A stretch of DNA of 64,000 nt from a virus: IMG/VR virus record IMGVR_UViG_3300031466_000074. One strand, 5' to 3'. Shown one piece after another: positions 1 through 11,500 of the stretch. How positions within the stretch are numbered: position 1 is the first letter of the stretch; each line of letters starts with the position of its first letter. The position numbers were made by a program, and so were the translations under genes. The notes under the pieces were generated by a model. It had not been told where the DNA came from and ran no database searches. It worked only from the letters and a program-made list of their open reading frames with translations.

Positions 1-28
1 CATAAATAAAGGGCAAAGCGATAGAGCT

Positions 29-1990
29 TTACCCCAGCGTCTTGAACGCACCCATAAGCTCCAATGCCCCCAGATAACCGATAGGGAACAGGAATACCCC
101 TACTATCATCATGCCCAGCGGAATCAACGTTAACTTACCAGCCATTCTCCGCTTCTTCATGATCGCGGCTTGTGTCGTCATTTCCCGCATCTTGACCACG
201 TGTTCGCGCTCCAAAAGCAAAGACTCAAACGCCTCTCGAATGGACAACTCATTGATCGTAAGTTTAAGCTTTCCAAGGAAACGCTTAAACTCATAAATTG
301 GCGTTTTCGACTGCAAACGACTGATCTCCAACTCCGGATTAGATGGATAACAAAGCGCCGCGTAGACAAACATGTCTTTATGAATACGACTATTACGGGC
401 AAACTGATGCAGAAGCCCAAGGGTATCCGTATTGGTGTTCATAAGAATGGACGTAAGCGTCTGCAGTTGCAAGAAATCTTCCTGAGCCTCAGTTGCCGCG
501 ATATCCCGACGCATTTTGAGTGAACGATTCGGTGCAAACCAACCGACTACCCCCGTCGCATAAGCGATCAAGAGATAGTACCAATGGAAATACGCGTTCT
601 CAAGGTTCTTTGCCTTTGACTTCATCCGAGAAACCTGCTCATACACCTGCAAATCCGTCAGAAGCGGGAGATGGCTCCGAACAAGTTGCGCGATTTGGTC
701 GTCATTATAGGCTTTCGGGTTTTGCAGATAAATGGCGTCCATCTCTTTCATTTTTTCGCGGTCAAAAGCCGGAGTATTATCGGATGCGATAAGCGAAAGC
801 TGTTGCGTACTATGCCGCAAGAAGTCCTTGCTGATGCTAACCGCCAAAATGATCGTCATAATCGATAGAAGGATCGAAAAACCCGCGAGTAAGATCTTCT
901 TCGCGTAAAAGTGTTCGACGGTCATTTTGGAAAGTGCGGATTTCAACTTCCGTTCCAACAACACCCGCTTTTTGTTCTTCGGCGTGAGCGTGTAAACAAA
1001 ACGATAGAAGCGACGATTCTCCAACAAACGTGCAACAAAAGGAGAACGGTCATCCTCTTTCATTGGAATATTACAGTTGATTCGAGAAACGACCGTATAG
1101 CAAAGAATCGAAGCAAAAACAACCGCCGTTTGAATAACTTGACCAATAATCCCATTATAAACGAGGGCTACCCCCGGCATCGTGGAGGTCAAGAACATGG
1201 TACAAAGCGGTACCGCTGGAATAACTGCCAACGGCATGTACTCGATATATCCAAACTTGAGTTTGCGGAAGGTAATCCGCTGGATTTCCGAGTTAACATC
1301 TCCAATCAAGAGCGTAATGGCTTGCGAAAAGTTGGAGCGCCCCAACTCGTCCGTCTCATCGCCATCATTATTAATGCTAAAACAGATCGACGCGAACGTT
1401 TGAAGTGGACGAAACGGAGTAGACTCAATAAACTCCTGCAAACGAATCTCTCCGTTCGTTCCCGTCAAGATATTTGAAATGGTTTCCATCGGACGCTTAA
1501 TAATGTCAGGGTACTCGGCTTCATTCAGCGCATCTACAACACTGTTGGTACGGGAATATTCCTGCCGCACCGCATCAAGAGCATGCGCGGTTGCCACCAA
1601 AACCCTGAGATATATCCCATCAAGGCGTTTATCAATAACGATGTTGCTCAAGAAGATAGTGAAACCTACCCCAATCAGGATGATCAGGATGTTGTTAAAC
1701 AAAAGGATCATGACTACCGCCAAAACAATACTGCTACCCCACGACCACAGGAAGTATTTCACCGACTCACATCGAAGTTCATCCTTCCGATAAATCGACA
1801 GGTTCGCCAGCTTTTGCTGAATACGCAGATAATAGCGATAAGTCAAGAAAAACCGAGACAGAAACTTGTGCATCCGCGAATAAAACTTATTCATGATGCG
1901 GAGTTTTTCCGCCTTGGGTTTTCGGGAGTACCAGAAGAAGATACCCCCAATGGGGATGAATAAGGCGTAGATGATCAACAAAGCTTCCAT
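29..1990 (-). CDS. Tad pilus inner-membrane platform protein (probable TadB-TadC/T2SSF-like fusion)
   Basis: 653 aa with several TM segments arranged as two soluble-domain/TM units; directly downstream of and 1-nt coupled to a CpaF/TadA ATPase. Confidence 0.6.
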   Translation of the reverse strand: MEALLIIYALFIPIGGIFFWYSRKPKAEKLRIMNKFYSRMHKFLSRFFLTYRYYLRIQQKLANLSIYRKDELRCESVKYFLWSWGSSIVLAVVMILLFNNILIILIGVGFTIFLSNIVIDKRLDGIYLRVLVATAHALDAVRQEYSRTNSVVDALNEAEYPDIIKRPMETISNILTGTNGEIRLQEFIESTPFRPLQTFASICFSINNDGDETDELGRSNFSQAITLLIGDVNSEIQRITFRKLKFGYIEYMPLAVIPAVPLCTMFLTSTMPGVALVYNGIIGQVIQTAVVFASILCYTVVSRINCNIPMKEDDRSPFVARLLENRRFYRFVYTLTPKNKKRVLLERKLKSALSKMTVEHFYAKKILLAGFSILLSIMTIILAVSISKDFLRHSTQQLSLIASDNTPAFDREKMKEMDAIYLQNPKAYNDDQIAQLVRSHLPLLTDLQVYEQVSRMKSKAKNLENAYFHWYYLLIAYATGVVGWFAPNRSLKMRRDIAATEAQEDFLQLQTLTSILMNTNTDTLGLLHQFARNSRIHKDMFVYAALCYPSNPELEISRLQSKTPIYEFKRFLGKLKLTINELSIREAFESLLLEREHVVKMREMTTQAAIMKKRRMAGKLTLIPLGMMIVGVFLFPIGYLGALELMGAFKTLG

Positions 1991-4152
1991 TACGTCTCGA
2001 CACCTCCAGTGAAGAAGTCGAGCATAACTACATGGTCTTCGTCAATGTCGTTCGGAAGACCCGGAGTCAACTCATCGCTGGTGTCATTAGAAACCAAACG
2101 TTTCTTATGCTCTTCGTCAGCCATAATTTCCTGACGCAGATACTCGATCATGTCATCAGTAAGCATTTCCTCCATATCCGCTTGTTGGGCAGTAGCCGAC
2201 AAGCCTTGCAAAATCGGAGAGTCGGTATTCTGCTCTTTTGCCGCTTTCAAGCGATAATGATCGAGAACCGAAAGCGCCACTGGATCTTCCACAACCTGCC
2301 CATCCGCCAATGGTTTGCGGCGTCCCCAGTTAGCCAACATGAACTTATCGAACTCCTCGACTTCATGCCCCAAATTATCACGGATAATTTTCTCCAATCG
2401 AGGAGAAATACGTTCCACCGCGTAATAAGTCTTCGTTTTCGTATCATATCGCAAGATATCCTGCGTAATGAAGGTGACCGCCGCTGTGCGTCGAGTGTAA
2501 TACTCGCGTTGCATAACGGCTTGCGAATACGCCACATTATTCGGATCAATCTCAGGAAGCGGCTGAACCTCCAAGAGCGGGATAATTTCCGTAATCCGCT
2601 CAATATAACGCTGACCTTCGGCGTTGTAATCCAAATGGATATCGAAGTTGACAACTTCGAGGATCTGCGCCGTTGCCGTATCCATCGTAAAGCCACCCGC
2701 GTTAACCAGCGAGTTCCGCAGAGTATATACCAACTTCTCAGCGGTGTTCGCGTGGTGAGAGAAGATGGTAAACATCGATGCGGTCATACCCATTTGAATC
2801 ATCCGCGCCGCAACCTCGTCAGTTGCGACCTCACCGACCAACGAAACAGCGGCGTCAGATTTCTTCAGAGCGTCCTGAAGCTCCGTAGCAGTAACGTGCG
2901 TCGTCTCCTGAACAGAAAGGATGTTACGATTCGGATAAATTTCCCGCAAGTACAACTCAGGAGCCATTTCCAAGACCCGGATGGTCAAACGCGGATCAAT
3001 ATAACGAATGATCGAGGACATCAGCGTGGTCTTACCGGAACCTTGACGCCCAGTTACCCCGCACGTCATCTTGCCCTTGATCAAGAACTTGATCAAGTTA
3101 ATAACCAAATCGCCGTTAACGGTATAATCCTTGATAATAAGCTTCTCAGGTGTCGGATCAGAAATGGTGAACTTCCGAACAAAGACCGCCCAGTACTCAG
3201 AAGCCGGAGGTCGAAGTGCCAAGACGCGGGATTTGTCATACATAGTATTGACCAAATACCCCCGCTTCGCTGTGAGCGCACCCGGATTGTTATAACGAGC
3301 GATAAGCTGTACGACCCGACGAACTTCGTCTTCACTACCAAAGGACATGAAGCGGAAATGGATGTACTTCCCTTTGTAATACACCCAGACCGAATCCGTC
3401 GCTTTGAACGTCCCAGCATTATAAGCATTCAAGTTCGTCATAATACTACCGGAAGTACCAATATTGAAGCCGTTGATGTCCATCTCACGTAAGGTGTCAA
3501 GGATACCAAAGCCCGCATACTGCTGATACACCAAGATCGCCAAGAGGTCGATTTGCTCATCTATCGTAAGCTTGAAGTCCTCTTGCGTATAAATGGAGAT
3601 CAGTTCCTCGCGAGAAAAATAATAGTTCTGCAGATTCCCGTTCTCATCATAGCGCTCGCGGTCGAGATTGTACTTAGTAATAATGGCTTCAAGAGCTTTC
3701 TTCCCAAGTTGCTGATTGTTCTCATCCAGCATGCGCTTATACTTATACAACAGGATCTCGAAAATGACATGGTCGGACGGAACCAAACCATCCGACAGAC
3801 CAAGCAAGTCCGTGACCCGATGATGCGGTACATTATTAGCGATAAAAGAACGGATCAACTCAATGACAATAATCTTCGCAGAGTCAATACCATAAACGCA
3901 GTTCTTCAAAGCATCATTAATCCGAGCTTTACGCCGATACAACATATTGAACTCCGCTTCCGAAAGACCAAGAGAGTAATCCTCTTTAACGAGTTCTACC
4001 ATTTCATGCTTAACCGCTTCCAGAAGCTCTTCCATTGTGTTGTACTCTTCCTCCGGGATAAACTCCGTCCGGGATTTAGAGATGTAATACACCACAATGA
4101 GAGCGATGACAAAACCAACAATACTCGCTATCGTTAAGACGGTGTTCAACAT
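1990..4152 (-). CDS. cpaF: CpaF/TadA-family pilus assembly ATPase with N-terminal TM and long extension
   Basis: Walker A GRQGSGKT, Asp-box-like VLEMAPEL, Walker B-like VSLVGEV, His box FSHHANT; typical of the VirB11/TadA family. Confidence 0.85.
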   Translation of the reverse strand: MLNTVLTIASIVGFVIALIVVYYISKSRTEFIPEEEYNTMEELLEAVKHEMVELVKEDYSLGLSEAEFNMLYRRKARINDALKNCVYGIDSAKIIVIELIRSFIANNVPHHRVTDLLGLSDGLVPSDHVIFEILLYKYKRMLDENNQQLGKKALEAIITKYNLDRERYDENGNLQNYYFSREELISIYTQEDFKLTIDEQIDLLAILVYQQYAGFGILDTLREMDINGFNIGTSGSIMTNLNAYNAGTFKATDSVWVYYKGKYIHFRFMSFGSEDEVRRVVQLIARYNNPGALTAKRGYLVNTMYDKSRVLALRPPASEYWAVFVRKFTISDPTPEKLIIKDYTVNGDLVINLIKFLIKGKMTCGVTGRQGSGKTTLMSSIIRYIDPRLTIRVLEMAPELYLREIYPNRNILSVQETTHVTATELQDALKKSDAAVSLVGEVATDEVAARMIQMGMTASMFTIFSHHANTAEKLVYTLRNSLVNAGGFTMDTATAQILEVVNFDIHLDYNAEGQRYIERITEIIPLLEVQPLPEIDPNNVAYSQAVMQREYYTRRTAAVTFITQDILRYDTKTKTYYAVERISPRLEKIIRDNLGHEVEEFDKFMLANWGRRKPLADGQVVEDPVALSVLDHYRLKAAKEQNTDSPILQGLSATAQQADMEEMLTDDMIEYLRQEIMADEEHKKRLVSNDTSDELTPGLPNDIDEDHVVMLDFFTGGVET

Positions 4153-4155
4153 CGG

Positions 4156-4950
4156 TTAAACACCCCCGCGTGACTTCAAGATACGATTTCGAAGTTTAAC
4201 CACGGAGTTCGAGAGAGCCATATACCCCTTATACACGTCAATAGAGAGTGCATTTTTGTTTTTGCCGTTGATAAACACCAACGGGAGCTTTCCATTGTTA
4301 CAACCCCAACGTACCCACGAATTCTCACGAATGAGATGAAGCGGAGTTTTTACCTCCAAGAAGTTGGTGATAATTTTAGGCTTCTTCATCACAACAGGGT
4401 CGTAACGATTACAACAGAGCAAAAGTCTCTTACCCCGAAGGGTACGTTCATTATCCTTCAACCACTGCTTAAACAACTTAAGCTCCAAGAAATCCGGCGT
4501 AATATTCAGCACGACAATATGGGATTTAGCTATAATGGCGCTGGCATTATCCTCCGAAAGTGGAGTGTCCACATCAATAACCTTATACTCATAAGGCGAC
4601 TCCGCATCTGCCATATACGCCAAGAGCGTACCCATATCATACGGCGTGAACAGATTATCGAAATTGGTGAACACGTCCGTGTAGTCACCGAACTTCGTAC
4701 AATAATCCGCCACATCCTCTGGCTTCAAAGCACCCTCCCGAAGAAGCTTGACCAACTGAGTTGAAGTATTGGTCTTATCATCGAGAAGCTTCAAACCCAT
4801 ATAGGTTTGAAACGAATCTGAAAGCGATGACGTATGCGTCAAAAAGACACGACGCTTAGTCTCAGCCAAAGCCATCGACAACATCATCGCTGTAACCGTC
4901 GCTCCATTACGACGAGTATGTGGCGCAAGAACCGAAATTGTGACTGGCAT
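4156..4950 (-). CDS. CpaE/TadZ-like MinD/ParA-family protein with degenerate Walker A
   Basis: N-terminal ISVLAPHTRRNGATVTAMMLSMALA resembles a deviant P-loop; later VIDVD and LCCNRYD motifs; sits upstream of cpaF. Confidence 0.6.
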   Translation of the reverse strand: MPVTISVLAPHTRRNGATVTAMMLSMALAETKRRVFLTHTSSLSDSFQTYMGLKLLDDKTNTSTQLVKLLREGALKPEDVADYCTKFGDYTDVFTNFDNLFTPYDMGTLLAYMADAESPYEYKVIDVDTPLSEDNASAIIAKSHIVVLNITPDFLELKLFKQWLKDNERTLRGKRLLLCCNRYDPVVMKKPKIITNFLEVKTPLHLIRENSWVRWGCNNGKLPLVFINGKNKNALSIDVYKGYMALSNSVVKLRNRILKSRGGV

Positions 4951-4953
4951 ACG

Positions 4954-5538
4954 TTACTCCTTTCTAGCCAAAAGCTTGACTATAGTTTTCGACTCCAACC
5001 CCAACACTTTCCCAAAAAGTGTAGTGACGACTGCCACAGTTGCCTGATCCTCTAACGGAAGGAACTTTCGATAATCCTCACAATTGTAAATATACGCCAA
5101 AAGCGACGGAGTCGGAGTAATTTTCGGATACTCCAAATTCTTTGCCTTTGTCAGAGAAATGAAGACCCGCATGAACTCCTCATTATTCGGGAAATTCCCC
5201 ACCGTGGTATCCACAAAATCAAAACCCCGATTTACCCCTGATAGGGCTACTACACGCTCATAACCCTGCGGTATAAAATCATTGGACACCACCACAAGGT
5301 ACTCGAAGGGTTCATTGAGCGATTGAACCGTCTCCGTAACCACCTCTTGAGTTACAAGCGGAACGACGCGAATGGTGATATTGTCATTCTCAAACTCCAA
5401 CGAAAAGTCATCGTCGAAACGGCGGAACGCTGGTTCGTCCGTCACAACCAGCGTCTTCCCAAGGAATTTCAAACATTGAAGAAGCGGGTAGACAACCGGA
5501 CGCTTGTCTACCCCACCAATTACCGCTAATGTCTTCAT
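4954..5538 (-). CDS. Hypothetical protein of the tad operon (possible eroded P-loop fold)
   Basis: 194-aa ORF tightly packed between cpaB-like and cpaE-like genes with a good RBS. Confidence 0.5.
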   Translation of the reverse strand: MKTLAVIGGVDKRPVVYPLLQCLKFLGKTLVVTDEPAFRRFDDDFSLEFENDNITIRVVPLVTQEVVTETVQSLNEPFEYLVVVSNDFIPQGYERVVALSGVNRGFDFVDTTVGNFPNNEEFMRVFISLTKAKNLEYPKITPTPSLLAYIYNCEDYRKFLPLEDQATVAVVTTLFGKVLGLESKTIVKLLARKE

Positions 5539-5556
5539 GCCTAAACCCCCTACTTA

Positions 5557-6474
5557 TTAACGATTAGCGCGAGCTTCTTCCATCTCCCGCTTGGTTTCCT
5601 CAGCTTGGAATGCACGATCCGCCGCCGAAATAAGCGATGCGAACTGCTGTCTTCCACGAACGAGAGTTTGCTCCAGCTCTTGCTGACTTTTGAACGTCGA
5701 CATACCACTAAGGGATTGGTCGATATCCGAACGACGTTGAAGCATATCTGCTTTAATCGCTTCAAGCAAGTTCGGATCGGCTTGAGCGATAGCCAAAATG
5801 TTAGTAGCAACAGGGTAATATACGTCCGCCGCACGTTGAGCGCCACCTTCCAAATACTCAACTGCATATAGCGAAGTACCCGGATAAACAAGAGAGTCAA
5901 TCAGCATAGAGTTGTAAGTGTGGATGTCCTTCGAGCTGAGAACAAGCTTCAATACCCCCGCATTGATAGAGTGAACTCGTTTGCGAGAAAGGGCTATAAA
6001 GTCTTCACCCATTGGAAGGGTAATCCGAACGTCTACATATGAACCCGGCTTCAACCCTACTGGAATGTTATTCAACACCACGTCAACCAAACGAAGATCA
6101 TCCGTCAGCGGCTCGTCATACACCATATCCGGAGAAATGATCGTACCAGCGGCAAGGTCAACTTTATAATATTTACCCACCAGCTCCTCGAAAGAAGTAA
6201 GCATATTCGCCGCCGCACCAACCGGAACCAAAACTTCATGGAAGTCCGTTTCCTGAACCTGTTTCCCCATCTTCACATCAGAAGACAAAGCATACACCGG
6301 AATAAGCTGACCGATACTGTCCAAATCCGACTGCAACCTTGCGATCTCAGAGTCCTTTTGTTCAATAGTCTTGGTGGTTTTGTCCCAATAAAAATACCCC
6401 GCCCCTCCAATAACCAACCAACTGAGAACCAAAGATAGCGTCAAAATCCCTTTCACACTCTTTAGAAACGCCAT
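5557..6474 (-). CDS. CpaB/RcpC-like SAF-domain pilus assembly protein
   Basis: N-terminal TM, coiled coil, SAF-like segment VYALSSDVKMGKQVQETDF...ELVGKYYKVDLAAGTII, then LKPGSYVDV. Confidence 0.75.
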   Translation of the reverse strand: MAFLKSVKGILTLSLVLSWLVIGGAGYFYWDKTTKTIEQKDSEIARLQSDLDSIGQLIPVYALSSDVKMGKQVQETDFHEVLVPVGAAANMLTSFEELVGKYYKVDLAAGTIISPDMVYDEPLTDDLRLVDVVLNNIPVGLKPGSYVDVRITLPMGEDFIALSRKRVHSINAGVLKLVLSSKDIHTYNSMLIDSLVYPGTSLYAVEYLEGGAQRAADVYYPVATNILAIAQADPNLLEAIKADMLQRRSDIDQSLSGMSTFKSQQELEQTLVRGRQQFASLISAADRAFQAEETKREMEEARANR

Positions 6475-6497
6475 GTACTTTTCCCTCCAAACCCGAA

Positions 6498-7091
6498 TTA
6501 AAATACTTCCTCTAAGTAGTCCTGCAAGGTGGGCAAAACCACACCTTCCTTCACTTCCCCCGCAAAAATAACGGTACTGAAGACCAGCACCCGAACGAGA
6601 TTTCTATCCTTACTTAAATAAAATTCAATAAATTGAGATGTGACTGCTTCAGAAACTACCGTGTATCCTTGATCTCGAAGAAAGTTTAGATACTTGGCAC
6701 TTGTCAACAAATCCGCTTCCCACGAATAGGGTGTATCTGTTTCCAAGGTCGTAATATCAAAAGACTCCTCCGTCTCAGGAAGAACTAAGAGGGGATTGGA
6801 TTTACGAACCACCGAAGTCAGAAACTTCTGTTCCACCCCATCCTTATAGAGCGCTGTACCATATCCGGGATAAGCGCGAAGCTCGTATACCCCCTCTTCA
6901 TTGGTGTACCGGAGAGCTACCTCGTAATCGAGAACAACTTCACCCTCCTCTGCATTCCCATTAAGACAGTACAGCATTACCCCCAAAGTAAGAAAAAGCA
7001 GGGGGGCGAGTACCATCGTCCAAAACCACCACGAAGCTCGACGTGGGGTTTTCACGTCCCCTGTTTCCGACATCTTACTCACCCCCATCAA
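6498..7091 (-). CDS. Hypothetical membrane-anchored protein
   Basis: One N-terminal TM (WWFWTMVLAPLLFLTLGVMLY); operonic. Confidence 0.6.
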   Translation of the reverse strand: MMGVSKMSETGDVKTPRRASWWFWTMVLAPLLFLTLGVMLYCLNGNAEEGEVVLDYEVALRYTNEEGVYELRAYPGYGTALYKDGVEQKFLTSVVRKSNPLLVLPETEESFDITTLETDTPYSWEADLLTSAKYLNFLRDQGYTVVSEAVTSQFIEFYLSKDRNLVRVLVFSTVIFAGEVKEGVVLPTLQDYLEEVF

Positions 7092-8460
7092 TTTTCAAAA
7101 ACTCACGCATACTGCTTGCCGAAGGAAGCGAACTATCCGAGGATTCAGAATTGTTGGAATGCATCGAATTTGGAGTAGACATAGGTGCAGAAGACCCCGA
7201 GGAATTCGCGGTGCTTTCCCCCTCGTACCGAATCGTAGGCTGATCCGAGCGCATCGAATCCAACAATGAATCCCAGTCTCGCTTCGAAATCTTAGGTGCA
7301 GGAACTTCATACCCCTCCTCCAGCTCCAGATCAACAGCCCCATCCGGCACTTCGCCATCACGAATATAGATTTGCTCAGAAGAACCAGAAGAACCACCAG
7401 TATCTGTAGTATGGAGTGGCTTGTCCATAATAGCGGAAACCAAAGCTTCCGTCTGCTCGTTGCGCTCCTCAAGATTACGGCTAAGGTAATCCTTCAACGC
7501 ATTTGCTCCCATTTTCCCAAAGAAATAGATCGGATCTACACTCTCACCATCCAAATGAACCTCAAAGTGCAGATGCGCACCGGTAACCCGACCCGTATCT
7601 CCGACCGTACCAATACGATCATACTGCTTTACAGCTTGTCCCGGCTCGACTTCAATTTCATCCAAGTGCATATACTTAGTTACAAGCCCATTTCCATGAT
7701 CAATAACGATCACATTACCCCCTCGCTCAGAACGATAGGTGTCCGCTACCGTCCCGTTCCAAGCCGCAAGAACTGGAGTTCCAACAGGAGCGCCAAGATC
7801 GATACCACGATGCATGGCAAGAGTCCCATTGAACGGATCAGCGCGAAGCCCATAAATAGACGTAAGATGAAAATTACCGAACGCCGGAGACTTCAAAGAC
7901 GAACCGACATCTCCAAGAGATTGGTAGGTTTGCACCTCTTCCTCAATAGCTTGAATGTCTTCCACCAAAGACTCCCACTCATTAGGCACGACATCAAGCC
8001 GCAGAACTTCCCCAACCTCCTTAACTTGCGTCAACTCATGACGCTTAGTTTGAATCGCAGAATACCCCGCTAAGACCTCTCGCACCGAAGCGCCAGAAGT
8101 AAAGCGATTAGCAAAATCCTTCTGGAGAGCCTGTAATTCTCGCCCCAAGGCGTCGCGTTTCCGTTTAGGAGCTTCGACCAAGTCCTCCAAAGAAACATTT
8201 TGCATCATTTTTGCCACATTATTTCTGTACTCAGTTCGATACCAGTTCAACCAGATTTCAGACTTCTCTTCCTCCGAATATTTCGTATCTAAACGATCCT
8301 TACCCTGCAGTTCCCGAAGATCATCCACAGTGTAAGCATACGCCGGAAAATTTAACTGCGAAGTTACCAAAAGCGAAGTGACAATGGTCAACGCCATCTT
8401 TTTGTTCTGCTTTTTACGCTTTTTCTGCAAGCGCTGTCTTGCCTTCCTCGAAGTTCGCAT
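7075..8460 (-). CDS. M23-family peptidoglycan endopeptidase with coiled coil and Ser-rich tail
   Basis: HRGIDLGAPVGTPV (HxxxD), TKYMHL, TGAHLHFEV (HxH) M23 motifs; basic N-terminus plus hydrophobic signal. Confidence 0.92.
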   Translation of the reverse strand: MRTSRKARQRLQKKRKKQNKKMALTIVTSLLVTSQLNFPAYAYTVDDLRELQGKDRLDTKYSEEEKSEIWLNWYRTEYRNNVAKMMQNVSLEDLVEAPKRKRDALGRELQALQKDFANRFTSGASVREVLAGYSAIQTKRHELTQVKEVGEVLRLDVVPNEWESLVEDIQAIEEEVQTYQSLGDVGSSLKSPAFGNFHLTSIYGLRADPFNGTLAMHRGIDLGAPVGTPVLAAWNGTVADTYRSERGGNVIVIDHGNGLVTKYMHLDEIEVEPGQAVKQYDRIGTVGDTGRVTGAHLHFEVHLDGESVDPIYFFGKMGANALKDYLSRNLEERNEQTEALVSAIMDKPLHTTDTGGSSGSSEQIYIRDGEVPDGAVDLELEEGYEVPAPKISKRDWDSLLDSMRSDQPTIRYEGESTANSSGSSAPMSTPNSMHSNNSESSDSSLPSASSMREFLKIDGGE

Positions 8461-8486
8461 ACCCCCAACCTCCTTTCGCTGTGCTC

Positions 8487-8515
8487 AATATAACGAAAAA
8501 TCAAGGGAAGTCTAA
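8487..8515 (-). promoter_or_regulatory. Putative sigmaA promoter for the M23-tad operon
   Basis: TTAGAC-17-TATATT on the minus strand, between a terminator and the M23 RBS. Confidence 0.45.
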
Positions 8516-8522
8516 AATTGAC

Positions 8523-8556
8523 GGAAAAGAAGCCCTCTAACCAAAGTTAGAGGGCT
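8523..8556 (-). terminator. Intrinsic terminator after the giant secreted protein
   Basis: Perfect 10-bp stem AGCCCTCTAA/TTAGAGGGCT followed by TCTTTT on the minus strand. Confidence 0.8.
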
Positions 8557-8572
8557 ATAGTCACAGAATTGA

Positions 8573-11500
8573 TTAGTGACTTCCCTTAGTCGCGATGTCG
8601 ATGATCGAACTGGTGTCCGTATCATAGAGCGCGATCACAGGTGGAAGACCGCTGTTAACCAAGCTGAATGTCCGGGTTACCCCATTCTTCGAAGCCGTGA
8701 ACGAGTTAACACCCGGTTGCTGATAACGGAGCGTGTACACGTCACCCAACACCACGATATCAGCCGCCAACAGGATCAAGCTGTTACCCGCCTTCACCGA
8801 TTCGATGTTCTCCAAGGTCGGTTGCATACCATGCGGTACAAAGACTGCCGACGACGGTACCCCGAATTTGAGGTGCCAACGTTGCGCTTGGAAATCGTAG
8901 TCCGTTATCGGGAGAACGTTGCCCGGATTCCGGTTGACTCCGTTAGTCGTAGAGGAACCGATGAACGTTCGCATCTTCTTATCCAACACCAACCGTTGCG
9001 CGTTACCCATGCTGGTATAGCTACCCGCCGGGGCTGGTAACTGTTTCCGACCGATGACTTTCTCACCCGAGCTATCGGTGATAATCTCTTCGTAGAAGTT
9101 CGTGATCCGTTCAGTAATCGTCGCTTCACTCAAAGAGTAGTTGCGACGTTCACGCTCATCCGCCCACGACATGCTGACATTGTACGGAGCCAAATCAGTC
9201 GGCAAAGTACCGTTATCCGCCGCCCGATACTTGTTAATCGGCTTATACTCGTCACCCACCTTCGTATAAACGTCAAGCGGAGTGATCGTACCTTTATCAA
9301 GATCGAGCTTATAGTAGTACGGCAGAACACGTACCAAACCATTCTGATAGTCCCCGATAGTCGTCAAATCCGCCAAGATATCGTAACCGATCTTGAGATA
9401 CTGCCCTTGCAACGCCGGGATGGTGTTATCAAGAGCATTGACCGGAAGTGCCAACGGCGGCTTATTCTTCCACGATTGGTTACCGTAAGTGTCAAGATAA
9501 GTGTTAGTTTTGTTATAGGCCACCCCACGAATGTCAATCAAGTCACCATAGTAACGATTTTGCTTCGTTGGGTCAACCGTCGGAACCAACCCTTCGACTT
9601 GCCACGTACCATCATTCTTGGCTTCCTTGAACAAGTTGCTGAAGCGGAAGTCTTCCGTATCCATGACTGCGAAGTTACCAACACGTCCGACAACGTCGAT
9701 ATAGGACTGCTTATACGCCCCATGCAGAGCGCGGATTCCCGCATAACGTGCGCGGTTAGCGGTGTCGATATAGTTCTCATTGAAAGGAGAACCAATCGGA
9801 CGACCGTTAATCGGAACCGCCTCAAACTGCACTTGCGCCGAGACAGATTCCTTATTCGCCAACGGCAGGTAGAACTCGAAATACTCCTGATTTACAGGGA
9901 GATCAATCCACGTACCCGAACGATACAACTTATTGTTATAGATGACATGGAAATCGAATCGCACCCGCTTCGCGGCGGTATACTGCGTGGTGTCCATGTT
10001 GTTCGTATAACCATACCCCCGCGTATACATAGTGGTTGAGATACCGCGCATATTCGGTTGCTCTGCGAAGTTACCCCGGTTCGGGAAGTACAGAGTGAAC
10101 GTGTAGTCAAGGTTAATGAAGTTACTCCGTGTTACCGAACCGCCGCCCGGAAGTTGAACATGCTCGTGGTCTTTCTTATGGTTTTCATCGATACCGCAAG
10201 CGTCCCAACAGATGGTATTACCCTTATCATAGTGCTGACCGATATGATGCGGCTCTGTGCAGTCCAACGTCTTGATGAGCCTACAAGATTCGTTGTGCTC
10301 GTGCGCATTGTAGATCGGCTTCGGATAAATCCGAATACCCGTGATATACACATCGGTCGGATTCGGACGTTGCAGGTCGTTGAAGAACCGCAAAGCCGCA
10401 TTTGCCATATTCGCATTACCGGACTTGAAGGAAAGTTGCGCCTTCTTCACTGTAGACGACGCTGTCAAGTGATGCTCTGGCAACATATCCGGGTAAAGGT
10501 CAACGTTGAACTTCGTGGTGCCGCCCGACGTCCAGTAACTGAACTCCACAATGTACTCTGCATTAGGCTTCAAATTCAGCGTTTTAGACGTTGCGGTAGG
10601 AACATCCGATCCGCTCGCCAACTTGATAGTCTTAAACTTCAAGTTAGTTCCTGGATAAGTTTGATCCACAATGCTCGCACCTTGACGGAGCGACGCACCT
10701 TCCATCGCACCAAGCGATGTATAACCGCCAATCGAAAGCATGCAGATTAGGAATGGGTTCGACGAACCATCCGGCATGGTCTTCGGAATCGTGTTCGCCC
10801 GTGCATTCAGGTTTGCCTGATTGAGCGTTGCCGTAATGAAACCATTGTTGTCCGTGATCGTCAGAATGCTCGACCACTGAGAACCAAGCAACTGCGCCCA
10901 AGTATAACCGAACATTCCCGTCGTCGAGATATCCAGACCAGACGTTTCAAACTTCGTCAGCGGTGTGATCCGAGCATAACCATCACCCGAACGACCCGTC
11001 ATGGTACCCCCGCTCGGATTTGGCATCGCTTGGTCGCCCGCAAGGAGTGTACCATTCGTTACCCCGCCGATATAGCCAGAACCACCGCCACCAGCGGCTC
11101 CAGAACCGTAGTAACTGCCCCATGAAGTACCGCCGCCATAGTAACCACCACCAGCACCCGCTCTCGAACCGTTAGCACCTTTTCCAAGCTCACCATTTCC
11201 ATAGTTGCCTGTGCCGCCGCCCGTTTGCGTACCGCCAGTGCCTGTCACCGTCGAGTTATGCGTACCCGCCAAACCTGAAGTACCGCCGCCATGCGGAGTA
11301 GCTGTCATCGGCGTTACAACACCGCCACCGCCGCCCGCAACGATCACACGATTAGAGAGGTTCGTACCCCCAACGCGAATATCCGTAGCGCCACCGCCCG
11401 ACGAGTTGTTACCGTCCGCATACGGTGATACGACATCACCGCCACCGTTCCAACCTCCGGCAAGGACACCATTCGTGCCCGTACCGCGAGAACCTTGACC

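Noticed and set aside
2032-3492. Long + strand ORFs (e.g. 486 aa here, 450 aa at 11495, 528 aa at 47748, 385 aa at 40668)
   Set aside because: They are antisense shadows of well-supported minus-strand genes, with no RBS or recognisable motifs, as expected from codon bias.
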